A DNA stretch of 64,000 nt, from the NCBI RefSeq assembly GCF_048593235.1, contig NC_133617.1, forward strand, positions 699,898,958 through 699,962,957. Reading direction: 5' to 3'. Made by a program: the position numbers and the translations under genes. This document shows, piece by piece, positions 1-27,700 of this stretch. The notes under the pieces are model-generated. The model did no database searches. It was not told the DNA's origin and saw nothing but the letters and a program-made list of their open reading frames with translations. The stretch comes from Sminthopsis crassicaudata. Lineage: Eukaryota. Numbering within the stretch: the first letter of the stretch is position 1; each line of letters starts with the position of its first letter.

Positions 1-944
1 AGTTCCTTCAACTCTTCCTCCAAGGGTACTTAGTACTCACTGTCCCTTCTAAAAATGGGGCACCTAGAAATACTCTGGATGGGGAGGGGGAAGGAGGGAG
101 AAAGCAGTAGGGAGAGCCTCCAAAGGCCATCTCCTTAGACCATCACGACTACTCGAGGAGGTAAGGCAAGGAAACTGAGGAAAGCAGAAATGACTTGCTC
201 AGTCATCCAAGTACTAAGTGTCTGAAGCACATTTGAACTCAGGTCCTCCCTCGCCCCGGCCTCGTGGGGCAGAGCACAGCAGGACTTGTCTCTTAACTGG
301 ACGAGCCTTTATCAGTGCAGCTTGAGAACGTGCCAGCTCTTTCAGCCCCCTTTAAGTTCCTCCTGAGCTTTTGCACCAACCGCCTTGATCTACCAGGCAA
401 TGGCTGGATTTGATTTTAGCCAGGCAGGGCTGAAACACGTCTGTAAAGTTCTTTTGTGTGTTTCTCCCACACAGCAAATTCACAAAGACACGGAGTGATC
501 ATGGAGTCTCCTCCCCCCACCTCATTTTTGAAGGTGGGGAAACAAGTTCAGAGAGAAGAAAAGACCAATTTAGGGTAAGAACCAGAGTCTTTCTCCTTGG
601 GAGTCCAAAGCCCAGGGTTAATTAAAATCGAGGCTCTGAAAGGGAGCTCAAAGATCAAACCGTGTTCTACCCAGTGCCCAGGGGTCTCTGCCAGAGGGAC
701 AAGGGGGTCCGCGCTCGGAAGTCGCCAGTGAGAGGCACCGCTGAACAGGACGCTCTAAGGGCTCAGACGTGCCTTCCCACCATTTGGCCGACGCTTTTTT
801 CCTTTCTGCCCTTGAAGTCAGCTCAGCAGCTCCACCCTTTTCTACTGTACATGTGTGAGGGTAGCTAGAGACCCCCAGTCATTGTCATTCCTGTGCCCAA
901 AGGCTGGATAGGCGTCCCCCCCGGACAGCATGAGGCGGCAGGAG

Positions 945-1330
945 ACAGCTTGGCCACGGGCACCACGGGCCTCGGACGCTTCCTAGCTGTCTGATCCTGG
1001 GCCGGTCCCGGCACCCTGTCAGCCTCAGTTTCCTCATCTGTACAAGAGGCTGGAGAAGGAGCCCACCATGCCAGTATCTCTGCCAAGAAAACCACGCGGG
1101 GGCCGCAGAGTCAAAGATCTGAGGGATGACCGCTAGGTGGTGCGACGGAGTGCCAGGCCCGGAGTCAGGAAGGCCCGAGTTCAAACCCGGCCTCAGACAC
1201 TCACTGGCTGTGACCCTGGGCGAGTCCCTTCACCTGTCTGCTGCAGTTCCCTCCTCTGTAAAATGGACTGGAGAAGGACGTGGAAAACCCCAGATGGAGT
1301 CAGGAGGAGGACACAACTGAGCAACAACAG
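945..1330 (+). mobile_element. Two tandem Mar1/MIR-core SINE remnants
   Basis: CORE motif cctcagtttcctcatctgta, RTE-like tail ccagtatctctgccaagaaaacc, B-box-like gagttcaaacc at ~1177. Confidence 0.7.
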
Positions 1331-3488
1331 AATGGCTGAAGATGAGCACAGGTGACTAGGCCGGCTGGGAGGGAGGTGTGGCAAGCAGGGGGAACTCAGG
1401 GGGCCGGCTCAGAGCCCCTCCCCTCTGCGGCCTCAGTAGTCAGGAGGCGCTTCCTTTCCCTGGCTGAGTAGCTGCTCCTTCCTCCCCCAGGGACCAGAGA
1501 GAAAAGGCTGATAAAGGCGGCTGGTAACTGGAAAGAACCGGGCGCAGTGGAAAGAGCCACACCCACAGGTAGCGGCGGGAAGGCCAGAAGTGGGCGCCCT
1601 CCAGGGGAAGGATTCCTGTCCGTCTCTTTCTCCACAGCTGGGACAGAAGCTCTGGATCCAGAGGGATCTGGTGGTGATTAAAGGGATGTGATACCGAGAA
1701 AAAGGGGCTCGAGGATGCAGGCCAGCGGGCTGCAACGGGGGAGCCGGGCTCCCTGACAAAGTCAGAGTCTGGCAAGTAAAAATGGGAAGGCCGGCTCTGA
1801 GAGATGGGAAGAAGGTGTCTGCCCGGGGGATTTCCCACGTGCAGGGAGATCTTATCTGCCACGCTGTCCAGGTCTGGCTCTGGCCCGGTTCTGTGACCTG
1901 CCTCGGCTGGCATGGGGGGCACAATGCCCCTCAGTGTGCGCGCCTGCGCCTGAAATAACGAAAGCCTTCTGCCAGCCAGAAAGAGGATGGGGGCGATGGG
2001 GGCGGCCAGTCCCCTGCTCCCACCTCAGCACACAGGAAGAAAGCCTCTGCCCGACCTTTGAGCTCTTTCCTACTGTGCTTTCCATGTGCTTTAGGTCCCC
2101 GCACCTGGACCACCAGATGCTCCTTGGCCTTTCCCTCCCCCGCACTCCCACCCCCACCCCCCTGCTCCTCCCCGCGTCCGCCGGGCCACTTTTTGAGTCT
2201 GTGACCTGACACAATGACAGAGCCTGAGGAGGATGACACAAAATGCGGGTGCGGAATGAGTGAGAGGCCTGGAGTCCCAACCACCTGCGGGGGAGCGGAT
2301 CCAGGCGGTGTTAGCGGAGACACCCGGCCAGGACTCCAACCCTCCCTGCAGCATCCCGCCCTCCCGGAGCTCCCCGCCCCCACCTGGGGGGTCACACCGG
2401 CGGCAGTATTTCCTCCCCAGCCCCCACTACCAGGGCTCAGGGTTGGGGGTTGGGCTGGTAGGCCTCCTCCATCCATCCATTCAACAAATGAAGGAAAGAC
2501 TCCCCGGCCAGTCAATCCACAAGTCCCTCTTAGCATCTGAATGAGTCTGGAGGGTGCAGGAGGCACTTGCCCGGAGCCTCAGACAGGCAGAATTAGGATA
2601 ATTTCTGTACTAAGTTACGGAACAAGGAGGAATCCCTAACGGTTCTGAGGAAGGGGGGCCCAGAGGTCCAGACACTCAGAATAACCAGAGATTTGGGCGA
2701 AGGCCCGGTACCGGCGACGGCTCCGGGACCGCCAGGGCCGGGACCTCTGGGCTTCCGGGAGTCGGCGCAGGTCGGTCTGGGTCAGAGCCCCTGAGCCACA
2801 CGAACCCCGGGGGCCCGTCCCCAGACTCAGGATTATGTAATGATGGTCTCCATGTTGACCTTGGGAATTGTTCCAAGGGTTCTGGGCTGGGGAAGGCTAT
2901 CCAGGGGCCTCTAGGACACGGACCCCGGGGGGGGGGAGGGGGGCGTTTGGGATGAAATCTGCCATTTTACACCAGGAAATGTCTTTAGGAACGACCCTCA
3001 GGTGCCCCTCACTTTACGAACCCTGGAGAGGAAATGACTTGTGCAAGGTCATGCAGTAAGCTCAGGCAAGGCCTGGCGCCGGCCCGGCGGCCCGCAAGGT
3101 TGGGGGGGGGGGAAGGAGGGGCGCCTCCTGTTCTCCCCAGGGCGCGCACGTGCCGGGAGTGGAAGCCCCGGCCCGAGCCCTCCGCTGGCCCAGGGGCCGG
3201 CACAGCTCGGCCTGGGATTGGGGAAGGGCGCTTCGCCCCGGGAGCGCGCCCCACATGAGCTCAGCCCGCAGCCCCCCGCACTGCCTCGGGGCCGCGCTCC
3301 AACAGCCCGGGGCCCAGCGTTCGATCGGCCGCGCGCCCGAGCCCCGGTCGTGCCTGCGCCCGTCGCGGACGGGGGACCGCGTGCCCCCTCCGGGCCCTCG
3401 TCCGGCCCGTCTCCATAGCAGCCCCTCGGCCTGGCCGCGCGCCCGCGCCTCCCCGCCCCCCGCCTCCCCACGGCCTGGCCGTCCGCAC

Positions 3489-3510
3489 CTTCCTGCCGGC
3501 AGTAGGACAT
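3489..3510 (-). CDS. CHCHD4: CHCHD4 (MIA40) coding exon 1; the rest of the gene lies left of the window
   Basis: ATG TCC TAC TGC CGG CAG GAA G|gtgcgg = MSYCRQE(G), the CHCHD4 N-terminus; head-to-head with TMEM43 as in other mammals; exon 2 (KDRIIF) not seen in 1-3488. Confidence 0.93.
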
Positions 3511-3730
3511 GGCTGAGGACCAGCGGCTCCAGTGGCTCCGGCTCCGACCCGCTCTCCACGCTCGTTGCTGCGGCCTCGCGGTGGCCACCAGGCGCCGGGA
3601 TCTCTCCTCGGGCTCCGCCCCCCTTCCTAGGGCCTGCCCCGCGGCGCACCAGTCGGGCCTCTCCCTCCGTGCCGCCGGCCCGCCAGGCGCCCAGCGGCCT
3701 ACGCCTCCCGAGCTCCTCTAGCCCCGGGAA

Positions 3731-3829
3731 ACTACATATCCCAGAAGGACGTAGGCCGGACCAGGCGGAAGGGCCGGGCCGAGGCTCCCGTGAGCCCCCG
3801 CCCCCCAACACAGAAGACTACGTTTCCCA
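3731..3829 (+). promoter_or_regulatory. Two ZNF143/Staf-type sites (ACTAYRnnnCCCR)
   Basis: ACTACATATCCCA 3731-3743 and ACTACGTTTCCCA 3817-3829. Confidence 0.7.
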
Positions 3830-4056
3830 GGAAACCTTGCGGCGCGCAGGCTCAGTAAAGTCGTTCGGTTGTCGTGGGTGGTAACTCTGTAGCAGCAAGC
3901 CCAGCCTTGTTCTCCTGTCTGCGTGCTTTCGCGGCTCGGGAGAGAGGGCTGAATTTTCCCGGCTCGTGGAGCTCCCGCCGCGCGTCCGGCCAATTGCAGA
4001 GCTGCCCGCCGACCTCCGGCCCTTTGTCCTGCTTCATCTCCAAACCGAGGCTGACG

Positions 4057-20233
<16,177 letters not shown>

Positions 20234-21213
20234 AGAACACTCCAGACTGTGCACTTTCACCTCAGAATTTGGAGGAGAATTTGATCCTAGAGACGTTGCA
20301 TCCCTCACCACTCCCACGTGCCTGCCGAGTCACCTGCTCCAGCTGGCAGAACAAATGACCTGGACCCGTTGGAAACTTCACTCTTCTTCCCCCACCTCCT
20401 GACTTAGGGACTTGAATGTCTCTCTAGTATTTAGGTGAACTGGGGAGGCTTTCTTTCTTTCTGATAAGCAGCTTGGGTTGGTGGAAGTGGTTCTTCCTGC
20501 TGGTGCCACTGACCCTTTTGAACTTCCTTTGTTGAAAGAGTTTTATTTTTAAGGAAGGGATCACTGCCGGGATAATCTAGATTCTACCTCTGATCTTCCT
20601 GGGGAGACCTTTTAGCTCCTTTTTTGCTGTAGTTGATCCAGCTGCAGTGCAGAGGTGAGAATACCATAAAATCCACAGAGATCCACTAATAAAAAGTGCC
20701 TAGTATTTTTTACTTAGTGGATTTTATTCAAAGATAAGTAGTGTTGGGGAAGCTCCCTTGGCTCTCCTCTTAGATCTGATAGTGTAGTTCTTGTATTAGC
20801 AACCTTTAGTTATTTTAGTTTATATCCATTAGGGCTAAGCATTCTTCCTGAAAGAAAATTACTTGAACTTATTTAGCTGTGTCACTCTGGGTAAATCATT
20901 TAATCCCAATTGCCTTAAAAAAAAAAAAAAAAAAAAAAAAGAAAAAAGATTTGCAAAGAAATACAGAAATCACGTTCAACTAGGTTTTTGCTTGTTTGGT
21001 AAAAATACTATAAGGGGCTCTTGATTTTCCCTCATCAGCATGTACCTTAGAAAAATTCTTTTGAAACATTATTCAAGCAATTTGCTTTTCTTATGGGAAG
21101 GGGAAGCGTGGCAGTAGGTAGTAGATGTTAACGCAGGAGGTTCTTTATCTTTTAAACTGAATTGATGAACTTTAAGAAATGTGTTGGAAATATGTGCTTT
21201 AAAAACTTAATAG

Positions 21214-21392
21214 AAAGGCAGCTAGTTGGTGTAGTGGATAGAGCACCAGCCCTGAAGTCAGGAGAACCTGAGTTCAAATCTGGTCTCAGACACTTAACAC
21301 GTCCTGACTGTAACCCTGGGCAAGTCACTTAACTCCAATTGCCTCAGCAAAAAAAAGAAAAGGAAAAAAACACAACACACCAAAAAAAAGCC
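21214..21392 (+). mobile_element. WSINE1-like tRNA-derived SINE with A-rich tail and TSD
   Basis: ggcagctagttggtgtagtggatagagcaccagccctg...gagttcaaatc...aattgcctcagcAAA; aacttaatag (21204-21213) / aacttcatag (21393-21402). Confidence 0.88.
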
Positions 21393-21867
21393 AACTTCAT
21401 AGGGCTTTTAAAAAACTGATGGCACGTTTTAAGTAGAACCAAAGATAGAGCCATATTGTTACATACTAGAACTTGATGGCTACAGAGGTGCCTGACAGCT
21501 CAGCGATAACATTAAAAAGTGCCTTTTAGCAGAGCTGTATATCTTGCTGTTCAAGCTGGTCAGTCTAACTGGCTTTGGAGGTAGAGGATAAGACTTGACT
21601 TGGAAAAATGAAGTTTGTTTTACCATTTTAATAATTGTAGAATTGGCAAAATTACTAATTGGAAATGTGCTTGTCTATTATATTTTCCCACAAGTTAACT
21701 AGTTTTACAGTAATCCACCCACATTCTTCCATTCAACTTACCTAAGCTTAAATTTCCCAACTAACCACTCATATTGTTTTAAAGATGGGTGTTGCAACCT
21801 TAAGGGTTCTTTGTGCATCAGTCTTTTTAATATTCAGAATTTGGATGTGCAATGATTGCCTTTAGTA

Positions 21868-21873
21868 AATAAA
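21868..21873 (+). terminator. Candidate TMEM43 poly(A) signal
   Basis: AATAAA with GU-rich sequence downstream; alternatives at 20688 and 23246. Confidence 0.4.
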
Positions 21874-24094
21874 TATTTAGTAGGAGTTGCATTGGGGTTG
21901 GAATTTCTGAAACCAGTGATACCATTAATTCAGATTCTCCTCTTTATTATCTTGGGAGATGTATGAGGCTCCTCCCAAAATACAATCCCTTTGTTGTTTA
22001 GGGATGAAAACAATACTGCTAATTGTTGAATAAGCAATGAACAGATAGCATTTTCTCAGTCCTTTAAATTCTAACCTTAATGAAAGGTTATACATTTTCT
22101 CTGTTCTAATACCGAGTAACCAGATTCCATCTATAAACAAGAAGATACTGACGATGGAATTGGTAAGCCTTTTCCTATGTGGATTTTAATTCCTGGCAGT
22201 TTTTCAGTGTTTACTCTTGAAAATGTAAAATGTTAATGAAGAATTAAGTCTTTTGGGATAATTCTCTATGAATTTTTATCTGCCTGTATTTTGATCAAGT
22301 GCAGTGTTTTTTGGTACCCTAGACATCAACAATTGTTTCTTTTCTCTGTTGTCATTGCAATTTCTACCTTGAAGAATTAAACTGGGGCATTGAAAACCTT
22401 ATTACTTTCTAGGTATATTTTATTAGTTAGACAATATATTTAAACAGTTTTAATAGTGGTTAAAAGATATTTTGAAAGCATTCAGACAAAACAGATTTAT
22501 TGTAAGCAGCAGAGGCTTTGAAAACTGACATCTGATTCAAGTCCAACGAGAAGACTCACAGGAAATACATTTTTGACAGTTCATGATTTCTGAAGTATCC
22601 TCAGTCATGACAGAGAGATGGAGGCAGTGTGGTATAGCAGGCAGTGAAGGAAGATGAGTCTGGCCTGTGGTCCTGAGTAAAACCCCCTTATCTTCTCTCT
22701 GCCTTCAGACAACTCTGTGCTTAGTAGAGGGGGTTTGCTCACTAGGGCCAGTGGAATCAGGTGATTTGGATTGGGCCCTCGGTGAGTTCCCAATCTTGCC
22801 CTATACTTTAAGTATTTCCATACCCGGCCAGGCATTCCTCTTGCAAAACTCAAAAAAAAAAAAAAAAAAAAAAATCAAAATTAGGAGAAGATGGCTTCTA
22901 TGGAAAGTGGGGCTGCTTTTGTAGCAGTGATGTTTCTATGGGAACATCAGTTTCTCAACATGTTTATACTGGAGAAGGTTTTGTTACACATGAGTCACAC
23001 CCTATGTTTTGTTTTGCCAGAATTTGCTCACTCACATTCCTAATGATCCCTGTCATAGTTAATTAAAAAAAAAAAAAAAAAATTATTGCTGTGTGAAGAT
23101 GTTACTAGCCTATAGATAGAAGATAAAATTAGATTTAAAAATAGGTTCAACATATTAAAACACAAGTATTATATGTTTATTTGTGATTGGTATTGGATCT
23201 GTCTTGCCATTCTTTCCCCAAGGCTACTTCTGTTAAGAAGGGTTTAATAAATTCCCAATTGTATAAATGTACTTGATGTATATACTTGCGAAGGAAAACA
23301 AAACAAAAATCTTTCTAATGAGCAGTGAGTACTGGATTCTGAGTCACACCAAGTCAACTCTTGGGCAAAGATTTTTTGAGGTATGATTATTAATTACCAG
23401 CTGAGGAAAAAGACTTCCAAAGAACTAGAGATGGTAGGTGAAAGATTAGAGCAGAGAAAGATGACCCCATCACTCCTCAGTACCCCAGAAACAGAAGAAA
23501 ATGTAATGAAGAAATAGCTGACAAAAAGATGCTAGAACCCAGGTGTCACCACATGGGTTTCTGAGTCAATATGGCTCTCAGGAAACCGTATATAAAGCTC
23601 AGTGGGTCCCATTTCTATGGGAGCTTGACTCTACCAGAGCAGACTAGCTCTCCACTTAGCTCCGCCCCTCCCTCTCTGTGTGACTCTTGAGCAAATCAAT
23701 TTCCCCCTCTGGGACTTAAAAATCTCATTTGTAAAATGAGGGAATGGGCCTATGAAAGAAAATAGTGAAATCAGTTTTTATATAAACTTTATTATTGTTC
23801 CTAAAGTGATCAAAACAATTATCTTTGACTATCTACAATGTAAAATATTTTCTATTTAACTAGTACAGTAGTTAGGGGCTCAGGATTGCTGCTGTTTATT
23901 ATTTGACATTTGTGGGATTTATTGATTTTAGCCCTTTGATAGGTACCTATATCCTAAAGTGAATCCAAAGATCCTAAGCTGCAATTCCTCTGTTTAAATA
24001 AAGATTCAGAGGGGAAAACAATGCAGTTAAGGCCAGGAAAAGATATTTCTTAAGTCTTTGTAGATGATAAATTAATGAGGCAAGAAGATAGCTA

Positions 24095-24100
24095 TTTATT
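24095..24100 (-). terminator. Candidate XPC poly(A) signal
   Basis: First minus-strand AATAAA seen, ~420 nt past the stop; others at 23895, 23788, 23176, 22496. Confidence 0.4.
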
Positions 24101-24518
24101 ATTGGAAATTGTGTTTAAATGAATAGCAGAGAGCTTTTGCATGTGCATAACACAGGTAGAATCTATCAAAATCTGGTGCTTCTCCCAAAAGAAAATTAAC
24201 CCAGTATGTGCCCAAAGTTCCTCAGGACTTTCAAAGAAATCCATTTACTTTGCATTTGTCAGACTGTTGAAAGATACCACTTGAAAGGTAAGATTCCTAT
24301 GTAAAAAAATAATCCAGCTTTAAAAACTAAAAAGGGCCAAAAGGCTTAGTGAAAGCTCTGCTCTTCCACGAGGAGAGGTCCTGCAGCATAACTGGAGCAT
24401 CCTAATGACTGGGGACCACTTCTTCCTTTACAACTAAGCTAGTGGTCCACTTACCCAGCTGCCTTTGAGTGCATGGCCAGGGAGTGGGAGAGTATCTGGC
24501 CCCGCGGTTCATTCAAAA

Positions 24519-24728
24519 TTACAACTTTTCAAAGGGGAACAAGTGTTTGGCTTCCTCTTTCTTTTCCCTTTTGGTCTTCCTAGTTCCTTTCAGTTTCTGC
24601 TGCTCTTCGGTTTCTCGGTTCTGGGGCCAGGAGGCAGCCAGATTTTTGGCTGCTGCCTGTGAGCTGGTCCCTTCCTCATCTGACGAGAATCCTGTTCCTC
24701 CCTCTGAAGTTGTTGCAACAGCTTCACC
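24519..24728 (-). CDS. XPC: XPC exon 16 (to stop)
   Basis: ctag|GEAVATT...[11 protein letters not shown]...[10 protein letters not shown]...HLFPFEKL* (TAA). Confidence 0.97.
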   Translation of the reverse strand, partial: GEAVATTSEGGTGFSSDEEGTSSQAAAKNLAASWPQNRETEEQQKLKGTRKTKREKKEEAKHLFPFEKL

Positions 24729-27700
24729 CTAGAAATACAAGTGAATGATCAGGAGAAAGAGTGACCCTGCTTTAGGCAGCTGGCTCTTACTGGGTCCTCT
24801 CTCACATGAACCACCACCTCTCTACAGGTAGCTGTGGGGAAAAAAAAAGCTTAGCATGGCCTGGCAATGTCACTGGGACACTGACCTAAGAAACAAGGGT
24901 GCACTTCTCCCATTTTAGGAGGTCACTTTTAACAAAAAAAGAAGCACAAATAAAACACATGCGGCCAAGGTCTGAATTTTTTTTTTTTTTTTAAACTTTA
25001 AAAAGGTAGTCTTTATATTTGAAAAGGCTAGGAACCACTGACCTATAGTTTTTCTCTACTCTCCTCATTTTATTGATGAGTGAAACTAAGTTCGAAAGAA
25101 AGGTAAATTACCTCAAAAGACCAGCAGCTTTCAGCTCAAGGGCTCTGCCTTCTGATTGAGGTGACTCCAGAAAGGGCATGGAGCTCTTGGGGGGGGAGAG
25201 CAATAGACAGCTGTCCGCCTGTGTTACCTGGCTCTCCAGGCTGAAAGCCTCTTGATACAATTTCTCTGGAACCCAGTCTAGTCCAGTGGTCCACATACAA
25301 GGAAGATCTTCCAACATCATCTTACAATTAATACCTAAGTGCTTAGAAACCCCAATGGAACGCTGCCCCTCTGCCCTCTCTGTAGCTCCCCTCTCCATCA
25401 CACTTGTGTCAGGGCTTCATTTCTCCCCCTCTGCTCACGCTAGCTGAAGCCTGTCTGGAGCCCAGGTAGACTTCAGGTGATGCTCTGCACACCTGGCACC
25501 TCTGAGATGGGATCCGACGGGTGCCACAAGGGCCAGTTTACCTTGTCACCAAAGCGGAGCTTCAGCCTCTCTCTTATGAGGAGTCCTTTCACCAGTAACT
25601 TCCAGTGCCCCAGAACTCTTTTTTCTCTTTTCTGTGTGGAACAATAAAAGGGGGGGTAGAAAAAGTCATATTAAAGCTGATATTTTCAGGGCAAAAATAA
25701 AAATGGGATTCTCAAAGGATATGATTTCAGTTTAGAAATTTATATTCTATACTTGGCCTAGTTTTTCCATAATTTATTCCCAAAACTGTTTTGTTTTTAA
25801 AAATGGTTTCTTTACAATTGTGTGCCATTTTTGAAGATCAGAGCCAGAGGGGAATCTGTAGAAGGCCAGAACTCTGAAAAAGGTGTACTTGAATCAAGGA
25901 CAGTAGGGTGCTTATAGTTAAGCACCTACTCAGTGTGAGAGAATGGTTCTCTCCCCCCCCCCCCCCCCCAGGCTGGGGTTAAGTGACTTGCCCAGGGTCA
26001 CACAGCTAGGAAGTGTTAAGTATCTGAGACCAGATTTGAACTTGGTTCTCCTGAATTCAGGGCTGGTGCTCTATCCACTGCGCCACCTAGCTGCCCCCGA
26101 TTTGCATTTTTAGTGGATTGCATGCCCCATATGTGTCACCAATTAATATGGCAGCCAAATCACTCTAGGGGTTCATTAAAATGGGAAGAATAACTTTCAG
26201 AAATAAGGAAGTGATCATTCCAAAATGCCCTCTGTCCTAGGCTGACCCAATATGGACAACTATGTTCCAATTCTGGGCAATTCATTTTAAGATAGATGCT
26301 CATAGGTGAGTGAGTTCAGAAGAAAATAAGGAAAAAAGTTCATGTCATGAGGAACTAGGAATGTAAGGTCTGGAAAAAAAGATTCAGTGGAGATAAAGTT
26401 ATATCAAAGAAGGATTAGAGCAGACTGAGGCTTGACGGGGGAAAACTTCTGAAGAACCAGACGTATCCCACACATGGATGTGCTTGGTTCCCCCTTGCTG
26501 GAGGGAGGTCTCCAACACAGGCTGGACACTCATGACAAAGGGCTGTGGTAGAGGGGATTCCCTGTAGTCCATACTGAACCAGACGCTGCAGATGCTCCAA
26601 GTCCCAGGATGTTCACCTTTCTTTCCACAATCCAAAGCAGCTTTACTTGGCCTGATATTTGGTTTTCTAAAGTGGAAGCATGTAGGGCCTGTAAGCAGCA
26701 CCCACAGAAGTATGATCTTGTGCTGAGAGGGCTGGCCTGGGGACCAGAATTCTCAGAAGGCTTTAAGGTCAGATCCGAGCTTTGACACAAACCATTTACA
26801 GGACTCTGGACAAGTCATTTTGCCTATATGAGCTGCAGTTCGATCCTTTGTAAAATCATGTTAGACTAACTGACCTTTAAAGGTCTCTTCCAAGGCTGAC
26901 ATTTTTCTATGACCTTTAGTTCCTTAATGTGTTTCCTACATATTTACTTCTTTGCATTCCCTGCTTGACAGAATCTTGTCCTTTCTCAGGGCTTGGGGGA
27001 CCTCTGGGATCCTGCCCCTTTCCTGGGATCTCCGAGATCCTCTGACACAACCCAGGAACAGAGACATGGGGAGTGGCTGTGACTTGCACAAGATACGTCC
27101 ATGGCACACTTGTGGCCCCGGTGCCCAGAGTCTCATCCTGGTGCACTTCTCTATCCTCCAGTGCCCAGATCCCTAAGTTAGAAAGTACTTGCCTCTTTCT
27201 CCTTTTGCTCAATGAGTGACTGCTCATTGTCCCAGGCAGCCAAGAGAACGTCTTTGTACTCTTCACACACGACGTACCCATCAGTTCTGCAGAAGACAAC
27301 ATATTCTTAGGAGGCAGAAGGAGGGACAGGTCTCCCTGGGGGTAGGGGTGGGGGTGGGGGAGGAGGCAGGCATGTGTTTGCACTTTAAAAATTCTTCCAT
27401 ATGGACTTAAAGAAACAAGAAAGAACAGACATGACATCATCTTCATTGCTTACAACAGAAATTTCTATCCTGGACTTGGCTCTTTCCCTCTCCATCCTCA
27501 TCCCTCATTCTGGGCTTTCAGCCTCATGATTGGCTACATCCACAAGGAGGGTGGGGATTTTGGCTGGGAAATAAATAGCATTTTGGAATCCCCTCTAAGT
27601 ATTCAGGATTTGAGAGAATTGCCTTTGCTTCCTGGGTTAAGTCAAAATATAGCTCAGGATTTGGCAGCAAGAGTGTCCCCGTCCAACTACGCACCTTGTC

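Noticed and set aside
139-160. ag|22 nt|gtaagg micro-exon look-alike
   Set aside because: Lies in a MIR-like remnant, antisense to CHCHD4, with no partner exons.
21214-26098. tRNA-like A/B boxes
   Set aside because: They are heads of tRNA-derived SINEs; no cloverleaf or acceptor stem.
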